Below are positions 28,906 through 37,181 of a stretch of 58,217 bases of DNA, in pieces. The translations under genes were made by a program, and so were the position numbers. Numbering within the stretch: position 1 is the stretch's first letter; each line of letters starts with the position of its first letter. The notes below the pieces were generated by a model. The model worked only from the letters and a program-made list of their open reading frames with translations, ran no database searches and was not told the origin of the DNA. Location: IMG/VR virus record IMGVR_UViG_3300048558_000101, positions 1 to 58,217 of that record, one strand, 5' to 3'. The DNA is from a virus. Lineage: Duplodnaviria > Caudoviricetes.

Positions 28906-29610
28906 ATGAACAGCACGAGCGGCTATGCCGCACCAAGTGGCCGGATCGGCCTGCGAGTGTTGCGCGGCGGCAGTTATTCAGACGTGCCCGCCCGTGATCT
29001 GACCATCAGGGAAATCATCCGTCACGGCTTCCCGCGCCCTGGCCTGCCCGCTGGCGTGGCGGGCTGGCGTTTCAAGAACCTTCCAAACCTGTTTCGGGGG
29101 CTGTGGCTGATTCTGTTCGCCAAGCTGACCGGAACGCTTGTGGTCTATGGAGCTGTGAGCCTAGTCAAGATGACGCATCAGGGTCCGGTCAATTACGGTC
29201 TGGCGAGTTTGCGCGTCGTCACCACCGCCGGCGTCAATTTCATCCGTGATGCGTTTCTCAACACGACCGAGCTGGAAACCCTGAAGTATCACGGATTCGG
29301 CACCGGCACGACCGCCGAGGCCGTTGGCGATACCGCGCTGGTCACCGAACTGACCACTGAATACGCGACCGACAATACCAGGCCAACCGGAACGCAGGTC
29401 TCAGGCGGCACAGGCGCATACCAGACCGTCGCAACTCTCTCGCCTGATGGATCGGGCACGCTGGCCATCACCGAGCATGGGATTTTTTCGCAGGCTGCCA
29501 CCGGCGGCGGGACGCTTCTGGATCGCTCTGTGTTTTCAGCCGTCAATCTGGTTCGGGGAAGCGACAGTTTGCAGGTGACCTATACGATCACCTTCACGGC
29601 AGGCGGGTAA
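28906..29610 (+). CDS. Tail-collar/fibre-anchor-like structural protein
   Basis: VTTAG...GTGTTA...DTAL.TE...ITEHGIF...GGTLLDR...VTYTITF pattern. Confidence 0.7.
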   Translation: MNSTSGYAAPSGRIGLRVLRGGSYSDVPARDLTIREIIRHGFPRPGLPAGVAGWRFKNLPNLFRGLWLILFAKLTGTLVVYGAVSLVKMTHQGPVNYGLASLRVVTTAGVNFIRDAFLNTTELETLKYHGFGTGTTAEAVGDTALVTELTTEYATDNTRPTGTQVSGGTGAYQTVATLSPDGSGTLAITEHGIFSQAATGGGTLLDRSVFSAVNLVRGSDSLQVTYTITFTAGG

Positions 29611-29625
29611 GGCCGATAAGGACTG

Positions 29626-29925
29626 ATGGCAACCAAGACCTTCGACATCGCTGATGTGGTGCGCCTGACTGTGCAGTTCGCTGACCAGTCAGGCGCACCT
29701 GTTGACCCCGGGCAGGTGCTGGTACGGATCAAATCCCCATCCGGCAGCGTCACGGTCTACACCTACGCCACCGACATCGAAGTCATCAAGGAATCAACAG
29801 GCCGCTATCATACTGATCTGGACGTGGACGCCGAAGGAACCTGGTTCTATCGGTGGGAAGGCCGCAACAGCAACAAGGGCGCGTCCGAAGGCTCTTTCAT
29901 CATCAGGGGCAGCGAGTTTTTCTAA
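29626..29925 (+). CDS. Ig-like (BppU N-terminal-like) virion protein
   Basis: VRLTVQF.D..G..VDP...TGRYH....EGTWFYRW. Confidence 0.65.
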   Translation: MATKTFDIADVVRLTVQFADQSGAPVDPGQVLVRIKSPSGSVTVYTYATDIEVIKESTGRYHTDLDVDAEGTWFYRWEGRNSNKGASEGSFIIRGSEFF

Positions 29926-29939
29926 ACAAGAGGGTGATC

Positions 29940-30227
29940 ATGCCAGCAAAAAGAGGCACCAGAACGGACAAGAAGCGAGCGGCTAAAAGAACCAAGGCCA
30001 GCAAGCCTGAGTCGCCAAAATACCTTGGCAATCCGGCAACGATGGAGCTGCATTTGGCGGACTTTGAGAGCGGTTCATGCAACGTCGCGGAGATCAAAAA
30101 CCCGCAGGCGTTTGATGATTTCGAAACTGCCATCGCCGCTGGGTACGAAGGCTGTGGTCATTGCTGCAAACGCCTTGGCGAAGGTAAGCACACCGTGACT
30201 GTCGAAGACCCAGACCCGGAGCGCTGA
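29940..30227 (+). CDS. Small protein with basic N-terminus and Ada-like Zn-binding motif
   Basis: YLGN...H...C...AIAAGYEGCGHC. Confidence 0.6.
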   Translation: MPAKRGTRTDKKRAAKRTKASKPESPKYLGNPATMELHLADFESGSCNVAEIKNPQAFDDFETAIAAGYEGCGHCCKRLGEGKHTVTVEDPDPER

Positions 30228-30272
30228 ACCGGACGGTTGACGCGTCGTTTTCTGTGGACAAGCTGCGCAAGG

Positions 30273-30323
30273 TTGCTCTGGCGCAAGTTTGCTCTTGCGT
30301 TAGAATTGCTCTAGCGTTAATAT
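30273..30323 (+). promoter_or_regulatory. Three direct repeats overlapping a promoter
   Basis: TTGCTCTnGCGYwAr at 30273, 30289 and 30306; TTGCGT-17-TAATAT (30295-30323). Confidence 0.6.
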
Positions 30324-30332
30324 GCTGGCGCT

Positions 30333-30545
30333 ATGAGCAAAGATAAGCTTACTACCGGAGGCGAGGCGGCAGCATTGTTTAATGTCAGCGGGTCACGCAT
30401 TCGCCAGATCGCAATTGCCGCTGGCTTTGAACGTAAAGGTCGCGATTGGATATTTGACAGTGAACAACTGAAAGTAATTGAGGCGGGTACTCGCGCTGGC
30501 CAGGAAAAAGCGAAGAAGAGTCGCAAGAAGAAGGAGGGCAGGTGA
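30333..30545 (+). CDS. Small HTH (excisionase/MerR-like) regulator
   Basis: LTTGGEAAALFNVSGSRIRQI...GRDWIF. Confidence 0.75.
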   Translation: MSKDKLTTGGEAAALFNVSGSRIRQIAIAAGFERKGRDWIFDSEQLKVIEAGTRAGQEKAKKSRKKKEGR

Positions 30546-31111
30546 AAGACACTGACCGATACGTTTATGCCCTGCTTGATCCGCTGACCGAACAGGTGCG
30601 TTACATAGGAATCTCTGTGAATCCGTATCAAAGAATGAAGACACATGGGCACATTGACAGTTCCAACCGAAACACGAGTAAGCAGCAATGGTTCAGGTCT
30701 TTAAGGGCACGGAAGCTTTGGCCACGCGTTGTTATTCTTGAAATTGTCAACGAAAAGAACTGGCGCGAACGCGAAAAAGATTGGATTGCATTCTATCGTT
30801 CAATTGGCGCGTCACTGTTTAATATGGGGAATGGCGATAATCCTGTCGAGTACCGTAGGTGTCATATCGAATATCTCAGTCGCATTTCAAAAGAAAGAGA
30901 TCAGAAGGTAAGACTGATGCGGCTTCAGGAGCAAGCCAACGACTGGTTAAGGCGATGGAGACTCGTTACATTGGCAAACTGTAATATGCCAATTAAGGAT
31001 AAGCTGGAAATAGCAGAAGAGTTATTACATTCAAGACGGTTACGTCATGACCTGACTAAACAGGCATTCTTCAGCTTCTTTATTCCACAAAGACACAGCA
31101 CTGAGGCTTGA
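30542..31111 (+). CDS. GIY-YIG family nuclease
   Basis: YVYALLDP...RYIGIS...R...H...REKDWI...LFN. Confidence 0.8.
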   Translation: MKDTDRYVYALLDPLTEQVRYIGISVNPYQRMKTHGHIDSSNRNTSKQQWFRSLRARKLWPRVVILEIVNEKNWREREKDWIAFYRSIGASLFNMGNGDNPVEYRRCHIEYLSRISKERDQKVRLMRLQEQANDWLRRWRLVTLANCNMPIKDKLEIAEELLHSRRLRHDLTKQAFFSFFIPQRHSTEA

Positions 31112-31142
31112 AATCTTTTTTTATCCCGCTCAATTTTCTTGC

Positions 31143-31171
31143 TTGACTTCTAACGCTAGCGCAAGTAGTAT
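31143..31171 (+). promoter_or_regulatory. Sigma70 promoter of the MoxR operon
   Basis: TTGACT-17-TAGTAT preceded by a T-rich UP-like tract. Confidence 0.7.
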
Positions 31172-31201
31172 TTTCCTTGTCAGAGCAAGAAGGCAACTGA
31201 C

Positions 31202-31253
31202 CTGCCAATCGCCTGTGCCTGTGGGATTGGCAGTTAAACTAACAGGCTGGAGA
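31202..31253 (+). repeat. Hairpin/RBS element, copy 1
   Basis: CTGCCAATC-gcctgtgcctgtgg-GATTGGCAG then TAACAGGCTGGAGA. Confidence 0.85.
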
Positions 31254-31261
31254 TTTACAGC

Positions 31262-32284
31262 ATGAGACCCGCACAATTAACCAACTTCTTACAATCTGCC
31301 ATCAATGCAGGCCTGCCAGTTCTCGTTACTGGCGCGCCTGGTCTGGGAAAGAGCGCGCTCACAGAGGCCGCAGCAAGGGCCGCTGGCGCAGACTTCATCC
31401 TGTCGCATCCTGTGGTGTCAGATCCAACTGACGTTAAAGGGCTGCCATGGATTGCCAAAGACAAAGAGCATGCAACGTTCCTTCCCTTTGGTGAACTGGC
31501 GCAGGCAATGAAGGCCACCAAAAAAACAGTGTGGATGCTGGATGACTTGGGCCAAGCTTCGCCAGCAGTACAGGCCAGCTTTATGCAATTGCTACTGGCG
31601 CGTGAAGTCAATGGGCACAAGCTGCCTGATTACGTCACGTTTGTGGCCGCTACCAATCGCCGCACAGATCGCGCTGGCGTCCAAGGGATGCTGGAGCCAG
31701 TCAAATCCCGGTTTGCTTCCATTGTTGAGTTGGAAGTGAATTCTGATGATTGGTGCAATTGGGCAATCAATGCCCAGCTTCCAATTGAGCTAATTGGATT
31801 CATTCGCTTCCGCCCTGACCTGCTACACAATTTTCAGCCCAGCGCTGATTTGGTGAATTCGCCATCTCCGCGCACCTGGCACAATGCAGGCAAGCTTCTG
31901 CAATTGGGCATGCCGCCAGAGCTTGAATATCCCGCATTGGTGGGCGCAGTGGGAGAGGGTGCAGCCACAGAGTTACACGCGTTTTTGCGCATGTACCGCG
32001 ACATGCCCAGCCTGGATGCAATTTTGCTTGATCCTGACAAAGCGCCCATTCCATCTGAGCCATCCACGCAATACGCAGTCGCTACAGGCTTGGCGTCAAA
32101 AGTGAACCATTCCAACTTTGGCCGCATCGCCACCTATGCTGAGCGTTTGGAGCGCGCCAAGCTTGGTGAGTTCGCTGTGCTGTTGGTGCGCGACTGCATC
32201 CGCAGGGAGCCAAAGGTTACCGCCACAGCAGATTTCATTCGCCTGTCATCCACAGCGCTTGGCAAAATGTTTGTTGGCGCATAG
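31262..32284 (+). CDS. MoxR-like AAA+ ATPase
   Basis: Walker A GAPGLGKS; Walker B variant MLDDL; ATNR; SRF; SPRTW. Confidence 0.9.
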   Translation: MRPAQLTNFLQSAINAGLPVLVTGAPGLGKSALTEAAARAAGADFILSHPVVSDPTDVKGLPWIAKDKEHATFLPFGELAQAMKATKKTVWMLDDLGQASPAVQASFMQLLLAREVNGHKLPDYVTFVAATNRRTDRAGVQGMLEPVKSRFASIVELEVNSDDWCNWAINAQLPIELIGFIRFRPDLLHNFQPSADLVNSPSPRTWHNAGKLLQLGMPPELEYPALVGAVGEGAATELHAFLRMYRDMPSLDAILLDPDKAPIPSEPSTQYAVATGLASKVNHSNFGRIATYAERLERAKLGEFAVLLVRDCIRREPKVTATADFIRLSSTALGKMFVGA

Positions 32285-32302
32285 CGCGCCAGATCACGCA
32301 AT

Positions 32303-32354
32303 AAGGCCAGCGCCTGTGCCTGTGGGCTGGCCTTCAAATCTAACAGGCTGGAGA
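32303..32354 (+). repeat. Hairpin/RBS element, copy 2
   Basis: AAGGCCAGC-gcctgtgcctgtgg-GCTGGCCTT then TAACAGGCTGGAGA. Confidence 0.85.
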
Positions 32355-32360
32355 AAAATC

Positions 32361-33476
32361 ATGTCCAAGAAAGTAGAACACTCAAATCCCTATGCCAGCA
32401 TGGCCATGTTGGTCTCGGTTGGTTTCGCCAATTGGAGCGCGCGCAAATTTGACAAAGACGCGTCCGCAGAGATCACAGACAAGCATAACGTTGACAAAAA
32501 AGCTGTCCGCGCAAACAAAAAGCTTTTTTTGAAATCATCGCCAGAGCTTGAAGCTGTCAATTCAGCCATAAGCGCCGCACAGCAGACATATTATGATGAA
32601 ACGCTGCCTTGGTCTGATGATGGATGCCGCCTGCTGCCTTCCTCAAATTTCCTGGCCTTCTCAGAGGCAATGCGCTCGCACATCGCCAACATTGAAGAGC
32701 TGGCGCGCAAGTTTGCTGATAAATATCCGCAGTTGGTTGAAGAGGCCAAGGCTGATTTGAATAGCCTGTGGAAAGCTGAAGATTACCCGCCCGCGTCTGA
32801 GATCGCATCGCGTTTTGGTTGTGTGGTCAAAATCTATCCTGTGCCTATTGGCTCAGACTTCCGCGTCAATCTGGCCAAAGAGCATGTTGATTTGCTGAGA
32901 TCGCAGATCGATGAAGACACCGCGCAAGCAATTGAAGACGCGCGCCTGGAAGGGTTTGGCCTTCTGTTTGACGCCTTAACAGAAAGCGTTATTCCAAACC
33001 TGACAGCCAAAAACCCCAAACGCTCGATCAAAGACGTTTTGGTTGAAAATACGCTGGCAACCTGCGCCAGAGTCAAGCGTTTGAATATGACCAAGGATGC
33101 AAAGCTTGATGACATCGCTGGCCGCATCAAAACGCATGTGTGCTGCGTTGATGGCTCGACGTTGCGCAAAGATGAAGCCAAGCGCCTGGAAGTGGTCAAG
33201 GCTGCAGCACAGATCACGGCAGAGCTGGCCGCAGAGCTTGGAATTGACATGCCACAGGCAAAGGCCACCAAAGCGCCAGCATCTACGCCAGAAAGCGCGC
33301 CAAAGGCCCCCAAATCGCCAAAAGCCAGCAAGAAGCCGGCCAAGGCCACACCCAAAGCTCAAAAGGCCAGCAAGCCAGCGCCAAAGATCACCAAAGCGCC
33401 AGCAAACGCGCCTGTGGTCACGATGGCTGAAGTGGACGCCTTAGCAAGTAACTTTGCCGCAATGATGGGAATGTAA
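32361..33476 (+). CDS. DUF3150-like protein with Lys/Ala/Pro-rich histone-like tail
   Basis: WSARKFDK, TLPWSDDGCRLLP, DYP....IASRF; lies between MoxR and vWA genes. Confidence 0.7.
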   Translation: MSKKVEHSNPYASMAMLVSVGFANWSARKFDKDASAEITDKHNVDKKAVRANKKLFLKSSPELEAVNSAISAAQQTYYDETLPWSDDGCRLLPSSNFLAFSEAMRSHIANIEELARKFADKYPQLVEEAKADLNSLWKAEDYPPASEIASRFGCVVKIYPVPIGSDFRVNLAKEHVDLLRSQIDEDTAQAIEDARLEGFGLLFDALTESVIPNLTAKNPKRSIKDVLVENTLATCARVKRLNMTKDAKLDDIAGRIKTHVCCVDGSTLRKDEAKRLEVVKAAAQITAELAAELGIDMPQAKATKAPASTPESAPKAPKSPKASKKPAKATPKAQKASKPAPKITKAPANAPVVTMAEVDALASNFAAMMGM

Positions 33477-33500
33477 ACTTTGCCAACCTGGAGACACACC

Positions 33501-34652
33501 ATGAAAGCAGATCAGAAAATGAGGCAAGCGCGCACAGAGTTGATTCTGAGGCATCCATTTTTTGGAGCGCTCGCGCTGCGCCTGGCCTTGAAGGAAGACA
33601 CCACAATTGACACCGCTGGCACAGATGGCAAAACACTTGCCTATAACCCCAAGTTTATTGATGGTCTGACTGTTACACAGGCCACAGGCTTGGTGGCGCA
33701 TGAAGTTTTGCACGTGGCCAATGGCCATCCTTGGCGCAGGGATGGCCGCGATATGGAAACCTGGAATGCAGCCTGCGACTTTGCCATCAATGGCATTCTA
33801 AAGGCCGCTGGCTTTTACCTGCCTGAAGATGGATTCCATGATCCCGCCTTTGATGGCCAGAGCGCTGAAGCAATCTACACGCGCATCAAGCAAGACAAAC
33901 AGCCCGATGATGGCCAGCAAGGTCAGCAAGGCCAGAATCCTGGCCAAGATGGCCAAGGTAAAGGCCAGCAGGGTAAAGGCTGGGGCGATGTGATGGATGA
34001 TTTGACGCCAGAGGCCGCGCAGAATGAATCTGAAAACAAGATCGCAACCTTGCAGGCCGCAGCCGCAGCAAAGGCCGCTGGCAAGCTGCCCGCTGGCCTT
34101 GAACGCCTGATTGATGAGATCAAGCATCCTGCCATTGACTGGAAAGCCGCGCTGCGCCGCTTTGTACAGCAGACAGCCGCCGCAGACTATACGTGGCAGA
34201 CTCCAAACAGCAGATATTTGGCGTCTGGCCTATACCTTCCCGCGCTCAAGTCTGAGCAGATGCGCCCGCTGGTGGTGGGAGTTGATACGTCTGGAAGTGT
34301 GGGAGCAGAAGAGCTGGCCACCTTTGGCGCAGAGATCCAAGGGATTATGCAGGATTGCAGGCCAGAGGCTTTGACTGTGGTTTATTGTGATGCCGCAGTA
34401 AACAGGGTTGAAGACTTCGCGCCTGATGATGAGATCAAGCTTTCGCCTTGTGGCGGTGGTGGCACCTGCTTTGCGCCAGTCTTTGCTGAAGTTGAAGAGC
34501 GCAACCTGATGCCCGCATGCCTCGTGTACCTGACAGACATGGAAAATTATGACAAGCCAGTAGCGCCAGATTATCCCGTGTTATGGGTGAATGTAGGCCG
34601 CAGAGGCCGCCAAGCTCCATTTGGTGAGATCATAGATTTTCCGCAGAACTGA
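33501..34652 (+). CDS. Metallopeptidase (DUF2201-like) plus vWA domain protein
   Basis: HEVLH; WNAACDFAIN; MIDAS DTSGS...GGGT...LTD. Confidence 0.9.
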   Translation: MKADQKMRQARTELILRHPFFGALALRLALKEDTTIDTAGTDGKTLAYNPKFIDGLTVTQATGLVAHEVLHVANGHPWRRDGRDMETWNAACDFAINGILKAAGFYLPEDGFHDPAFDGQSAEAIYTRIKQDKQPDDGQQGQQGQNPGQDGQGKGQQGKGWGDVMDDLTPEAAQNESENKIATLQAAAAAKAAGKLPAGLERLIDEIKHPAIDWKAALRRFVQQTAAADYTWQTPNSRYLASGLYLPALKSEQMRPLVVGVDTSGSVGAEELATFGAEIQGIMQDCRPEALTVVYCDAAVNRVEDFAPDDEIKLSPCGGGGTCFAPVFAEVEERNLMPACLVYLTDMENYDKPVAPDYPVLWVNVGRRGRQAPFGEIIDFPQN

Positions 34653-34673
34653 AGGCCTGACAGATCAGGCCAT

Positions 34674-34732
34674 AAGCTGGCCAGCGCTCGCGCCTGTGGG
34701 CTGGCCAGCTTTCCAACATAACAGGCTGGAGA
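34674..34732 (+). repeat. Hairpin/RBS element, copy 3
   Basis: AAGCTGGCCAGC-gctcgcgcctgtgg-GCTGGCCAGCTT then TAACAGGCTGGAGA. Confidence 0.85.
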
Positions 34733-34739
34733 GATCGCA

Positions 34740-35048
34740 ATGCAAGTTCCCTCAAGTTTATTTCCTTCACGATCCCGCAGACAGCGCGCCAGAGCAGGAC
34801 AGCAAGGCCAGCAGAGCGCGCCACAGATCGCCAATTATGATTTGTGGTCAATTTGGGATTCTGCAATCGCGCCAGACTCTTTTGCGCCTGGTGAGGTAGT
34901 ACCCAAGGCCACCGTTGAAGAGCTGGTAATTGACCAAATCAGCGCCCAGCTTGGATCAGAGTACATGGCCGCCTGGAATGCCCTGGACGTCAAAGCACAG
35001 CGCTCTTTGCTTGATGCGGCATTCCCTACAGCAAATTATCTCGTATAA
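34740..35048 (+). CDS. Hypothetical protein
   Basis: Follows hairpin/RBS copy 3; shares the operon's sequence bias. Confidence 0.65.
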   Translation: MQVPSSLFPSRSRRQRARAGQQGQQSAPQIANYDLWSIWDSAIAPDSFAPGEVVPKATVEELVIDQISAQLGSEYMAAWNALDVKAQRSLLDAAFPTANYLV

Positions 35049-35102
35049 CGCGCCAGAACCGCGCTAAGGCTGGCCAATGCTCGCGCCTGTGATGGAGGCT
35101 TA

Positions 35103-35519
35103 ATGGTCCAACGCCAAAAGACAATTCTGGCCGCTGCGCTCACATTGCGCCGTCGGCTGGATCGAACTGAAGAGCCGGAAGGAATGATGAAATCCGGTGG
35201 TCTCTGGCAACCATCGCGCAATGAGAAACGGAAGTGTTGCGCAGAGATGATTCGACGGTATCGTCATCGCCCTTCCCATCTAATTGAACATTGCTGTTCC
35301 GCGACACACGCCGCAAATCTTCATGGGCTATTGGCAACAAAGGCCAATCTTTATCACATTCGACTGCTGGCGAGTTTCGCCAAGAACTTCTCGACCGATG
35401 TCTTGCGCCGAGTATGGCCCGCGCTGGAAGTCGCGTATCAGGCCCACCAAAGGCCTGTAAGTCCAGAAGAGGCACAGGCCATAGTAGAAGCTGCCGCACA
35501 GATGGAGACTCAATCATGA
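35103..35519 (+). CDS. Cys/His protein, paralogue of 37178
   Basis: AALT.R.R....PEG....G.W.PS..E...CC...HC.SA.H..NL.GL. Confidence 0.75.
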   Translation: MVQRQKTILAAALTLRRRLDRTEEPEGMMKSGGLWQPSRNEKRKCCAEMIRRYRHRPSHLIEHCCSATHAANLHGLLATKANLYHIRLLASFAKNFSTDVLRRVWPALEVAYQAHQRPVSPEEAQAIVEAAAQMETQS

Positions 35520-35875
35520 ATAGTAAACAGCGAAGACAGGCTAAGCGCTCAGCGTCCACAATGGGATTGAATGCGCTGCTGGCCGCTGGCGATTGGATCA
35601 GCTACAACACCCGCCCTGACCGACGAATGAAAGGTGGTGTACTGTCGCAGCACATCGCGCAGGAATACAAAATTTCCCGCCGCCAGCTTGACCAGGCCAT
35701 AGCAGACATTCGGGCAGGGTTGGCGCATCCATCAAAGACCTTTGTGAACGCGCGCGAATCAGCGGCGCGCCTGCACGACCGCCCCCTGACCGCCGAAGAG
35801 CTGCAAGGGATCGTGAGCGCCATTAAGAAGACAGAGGCCAAAAGACTTCAAAGCGTGGAGGCGATGACATGGTAA
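35516..35875 (+). CDS. AHPS-family paralogue 1
   Basis: GLAHPSKTF..ARESA.RL..RPLT.EELQGIV.AIK; ATGA overlap. Confidence 0.75.
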   Translation: MNSKQRRQAKRSASTMGLNALLAAGDWISYNTRPDRRMKGGVLSQHIAQEYKISRRQLDQAIADIRAGLAHPSKTFVNARESAARLHDRPLTAEELQGIVSAIKKTEAKRLQSVEAMTW

Positions 35876-36198
35876 CCGCGCTGGACTGGTCAGAGATCGC
35901 AATGCTGGATTATGACGACCGGGCGCTCCTGGCGGCCGGTGAGTTTATCCGCACACGCACTATCAGTGATCAGACCGACGGCACTCAGGCAAAGCTCATC
36001 AGCGCAAAATACGGCGTCCAAACCTTGCAACTGGATTGGTGGGTCCAAGAGATTGAGATCGGCACAGCGCACCCATCAATGGTGTTTATTCAAACTGTAA
36101 AGTCTGCCGAAAGCCTTAGTGATGATCGAGCGCTAACCTCACGCGAGCTGGCCGCGATTGTTCAAACGATCAAGGAAATGGAGAAGGCCAATGGGTGA
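35869..36198 (+). CDS. AHPS-family paralogue 2
   Basis: GTAHPSMVF....SA..L...RALT.RELAAIV.TIK; GGAGG RBS. Confidence 0.75.
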   Translation: MVTALDWSEIAMLDYDDRALLAAGEFIRTRTISDQTDGTQAKLISAKYGVQTLQLDWWVQEIEIGTAHPSMVFIQTVKSAESLSDDRALTSRELAAIVQTIKEMEKANG

Positions 36199-36547
36199 AC
36201 TTCACCGACAACCGGATTGCGCAGAACGCCAGAATCTGATCCGAATGGCACCCGGCCTGTTCGCTGCTGACGAATTCCTGGACAGGTCAAACGGTGACCG
36301 CAATATCTGGCTATATGAGAGCGGGTATCTCAAGAACATACTTTGCGCGAAATACCACGTCACCAGCGCCTGCTTGGGATTTTGGGTGAATGCACTCTGC
36401 AAAGGGTTTGCGCACCCGTCTGCCGATTACATTTACGCTCGTCAATCCGCCTACCGACTCAAAGGGCAAGGTCTGAGCGTGGATGAATTGCGCGGGATTG
36501 TCGTGGCTGTCAAACAGTTGGAGGCCGAAAATGCCAAGACAGGCTGA
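36191..36547 (+). CDS. AHPS-family paralogue 3
   Basis: GFAHPSADY..ARQSA.RL....LS.DELRGIV.AVK. Confidence 0.75.
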   Translation: MGELHRQPDCAERQNLIRMAPGLFAADEFLDRSNGDRNIWLYESGYLKNILCAKYHVTSACLGFWVNALCKGFAHPSADYIYARQSAYRLKGQGLSVDELRGIVVAVKQLEAENAKTG

Positions 36548-37181
36548 AGAATTCGAAATCGTGGATTGGTGGGAAGTTGAGGACCTTATCGGGCTGGTCG
36601 CGGCCAAGTTCAAGACCAAGCGCGAGCATTGGATCAGGGGCAGCGATGAAGGCTTGTCCTACTGCCCGGACTGCGTCGAAAAGAAGGTCGAGGAATTGCT
36701 AGCCGAAGACCCGGAAGGCGAATACCAGGTAGATGGCGGCTGGTGCGTTGAAGGCGATTCGATGCCGTCCTGCGAAACATGCGGTGCCCCGCTGGAAAAT
36801 AGCTTCACCAACGAAGCATGTGATAGCGAACTGGATCATTTTGAACTGTATGGCTTTGACCGAAAGAATCCAGCAGATTGTTATTCGCTGTCCAACATTC
36901 TGGCGTCACAGATTAACGATGGGAGCGCTTTAGCTTGTCGCGTCAGCGTCTTGGCGTATGTGGCCAAGCATTACAGCCTTGCCGAGTCCAAACGTTTTTA
37001 TAAGCGATTCCGCAAAGTCCAAAGGAGCGAGCAACTGGCAAACGCCCAACGCGCAGCGCAGCGCCTGAAAGATGCGCCACTTACGCGAACCGAATTCATC
37101 GGGATGGCGCTGACAATGTGTGAAATGAAAAAGGGAAAACAAAAGGCTTTCTGTGCCGAGCCTGTGGGGGTGAGATCATGA
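36531..37181 (+). CDS. CxxC zinc-finger protein with AHPS-like C-terminal helix
   Basis: CPDC and CETC; C-terminus AQRAAQRLKDAPLTRTEFIGM; GGAGG RBS. Confidence 0.7.
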   Translation: MPRQAEEFEIVDWWEVEDLIGLVAAKFKTKREHWIRGSDEGLSYCPDCVEKKVEELLAEDPEGEYQVDGGWCVEGDSMPSCETCGAPLENSFTNEACDSELDHFELYGFDRKNPADCYSLSNILASQINDGSALACRVSVLAYVAKHYSLAESKRFYKRFRKVQRSEQLANAQRAAQRLKDAPLTRTEFIGMALTMCEMKKGKQKAFCAEPVGVRS

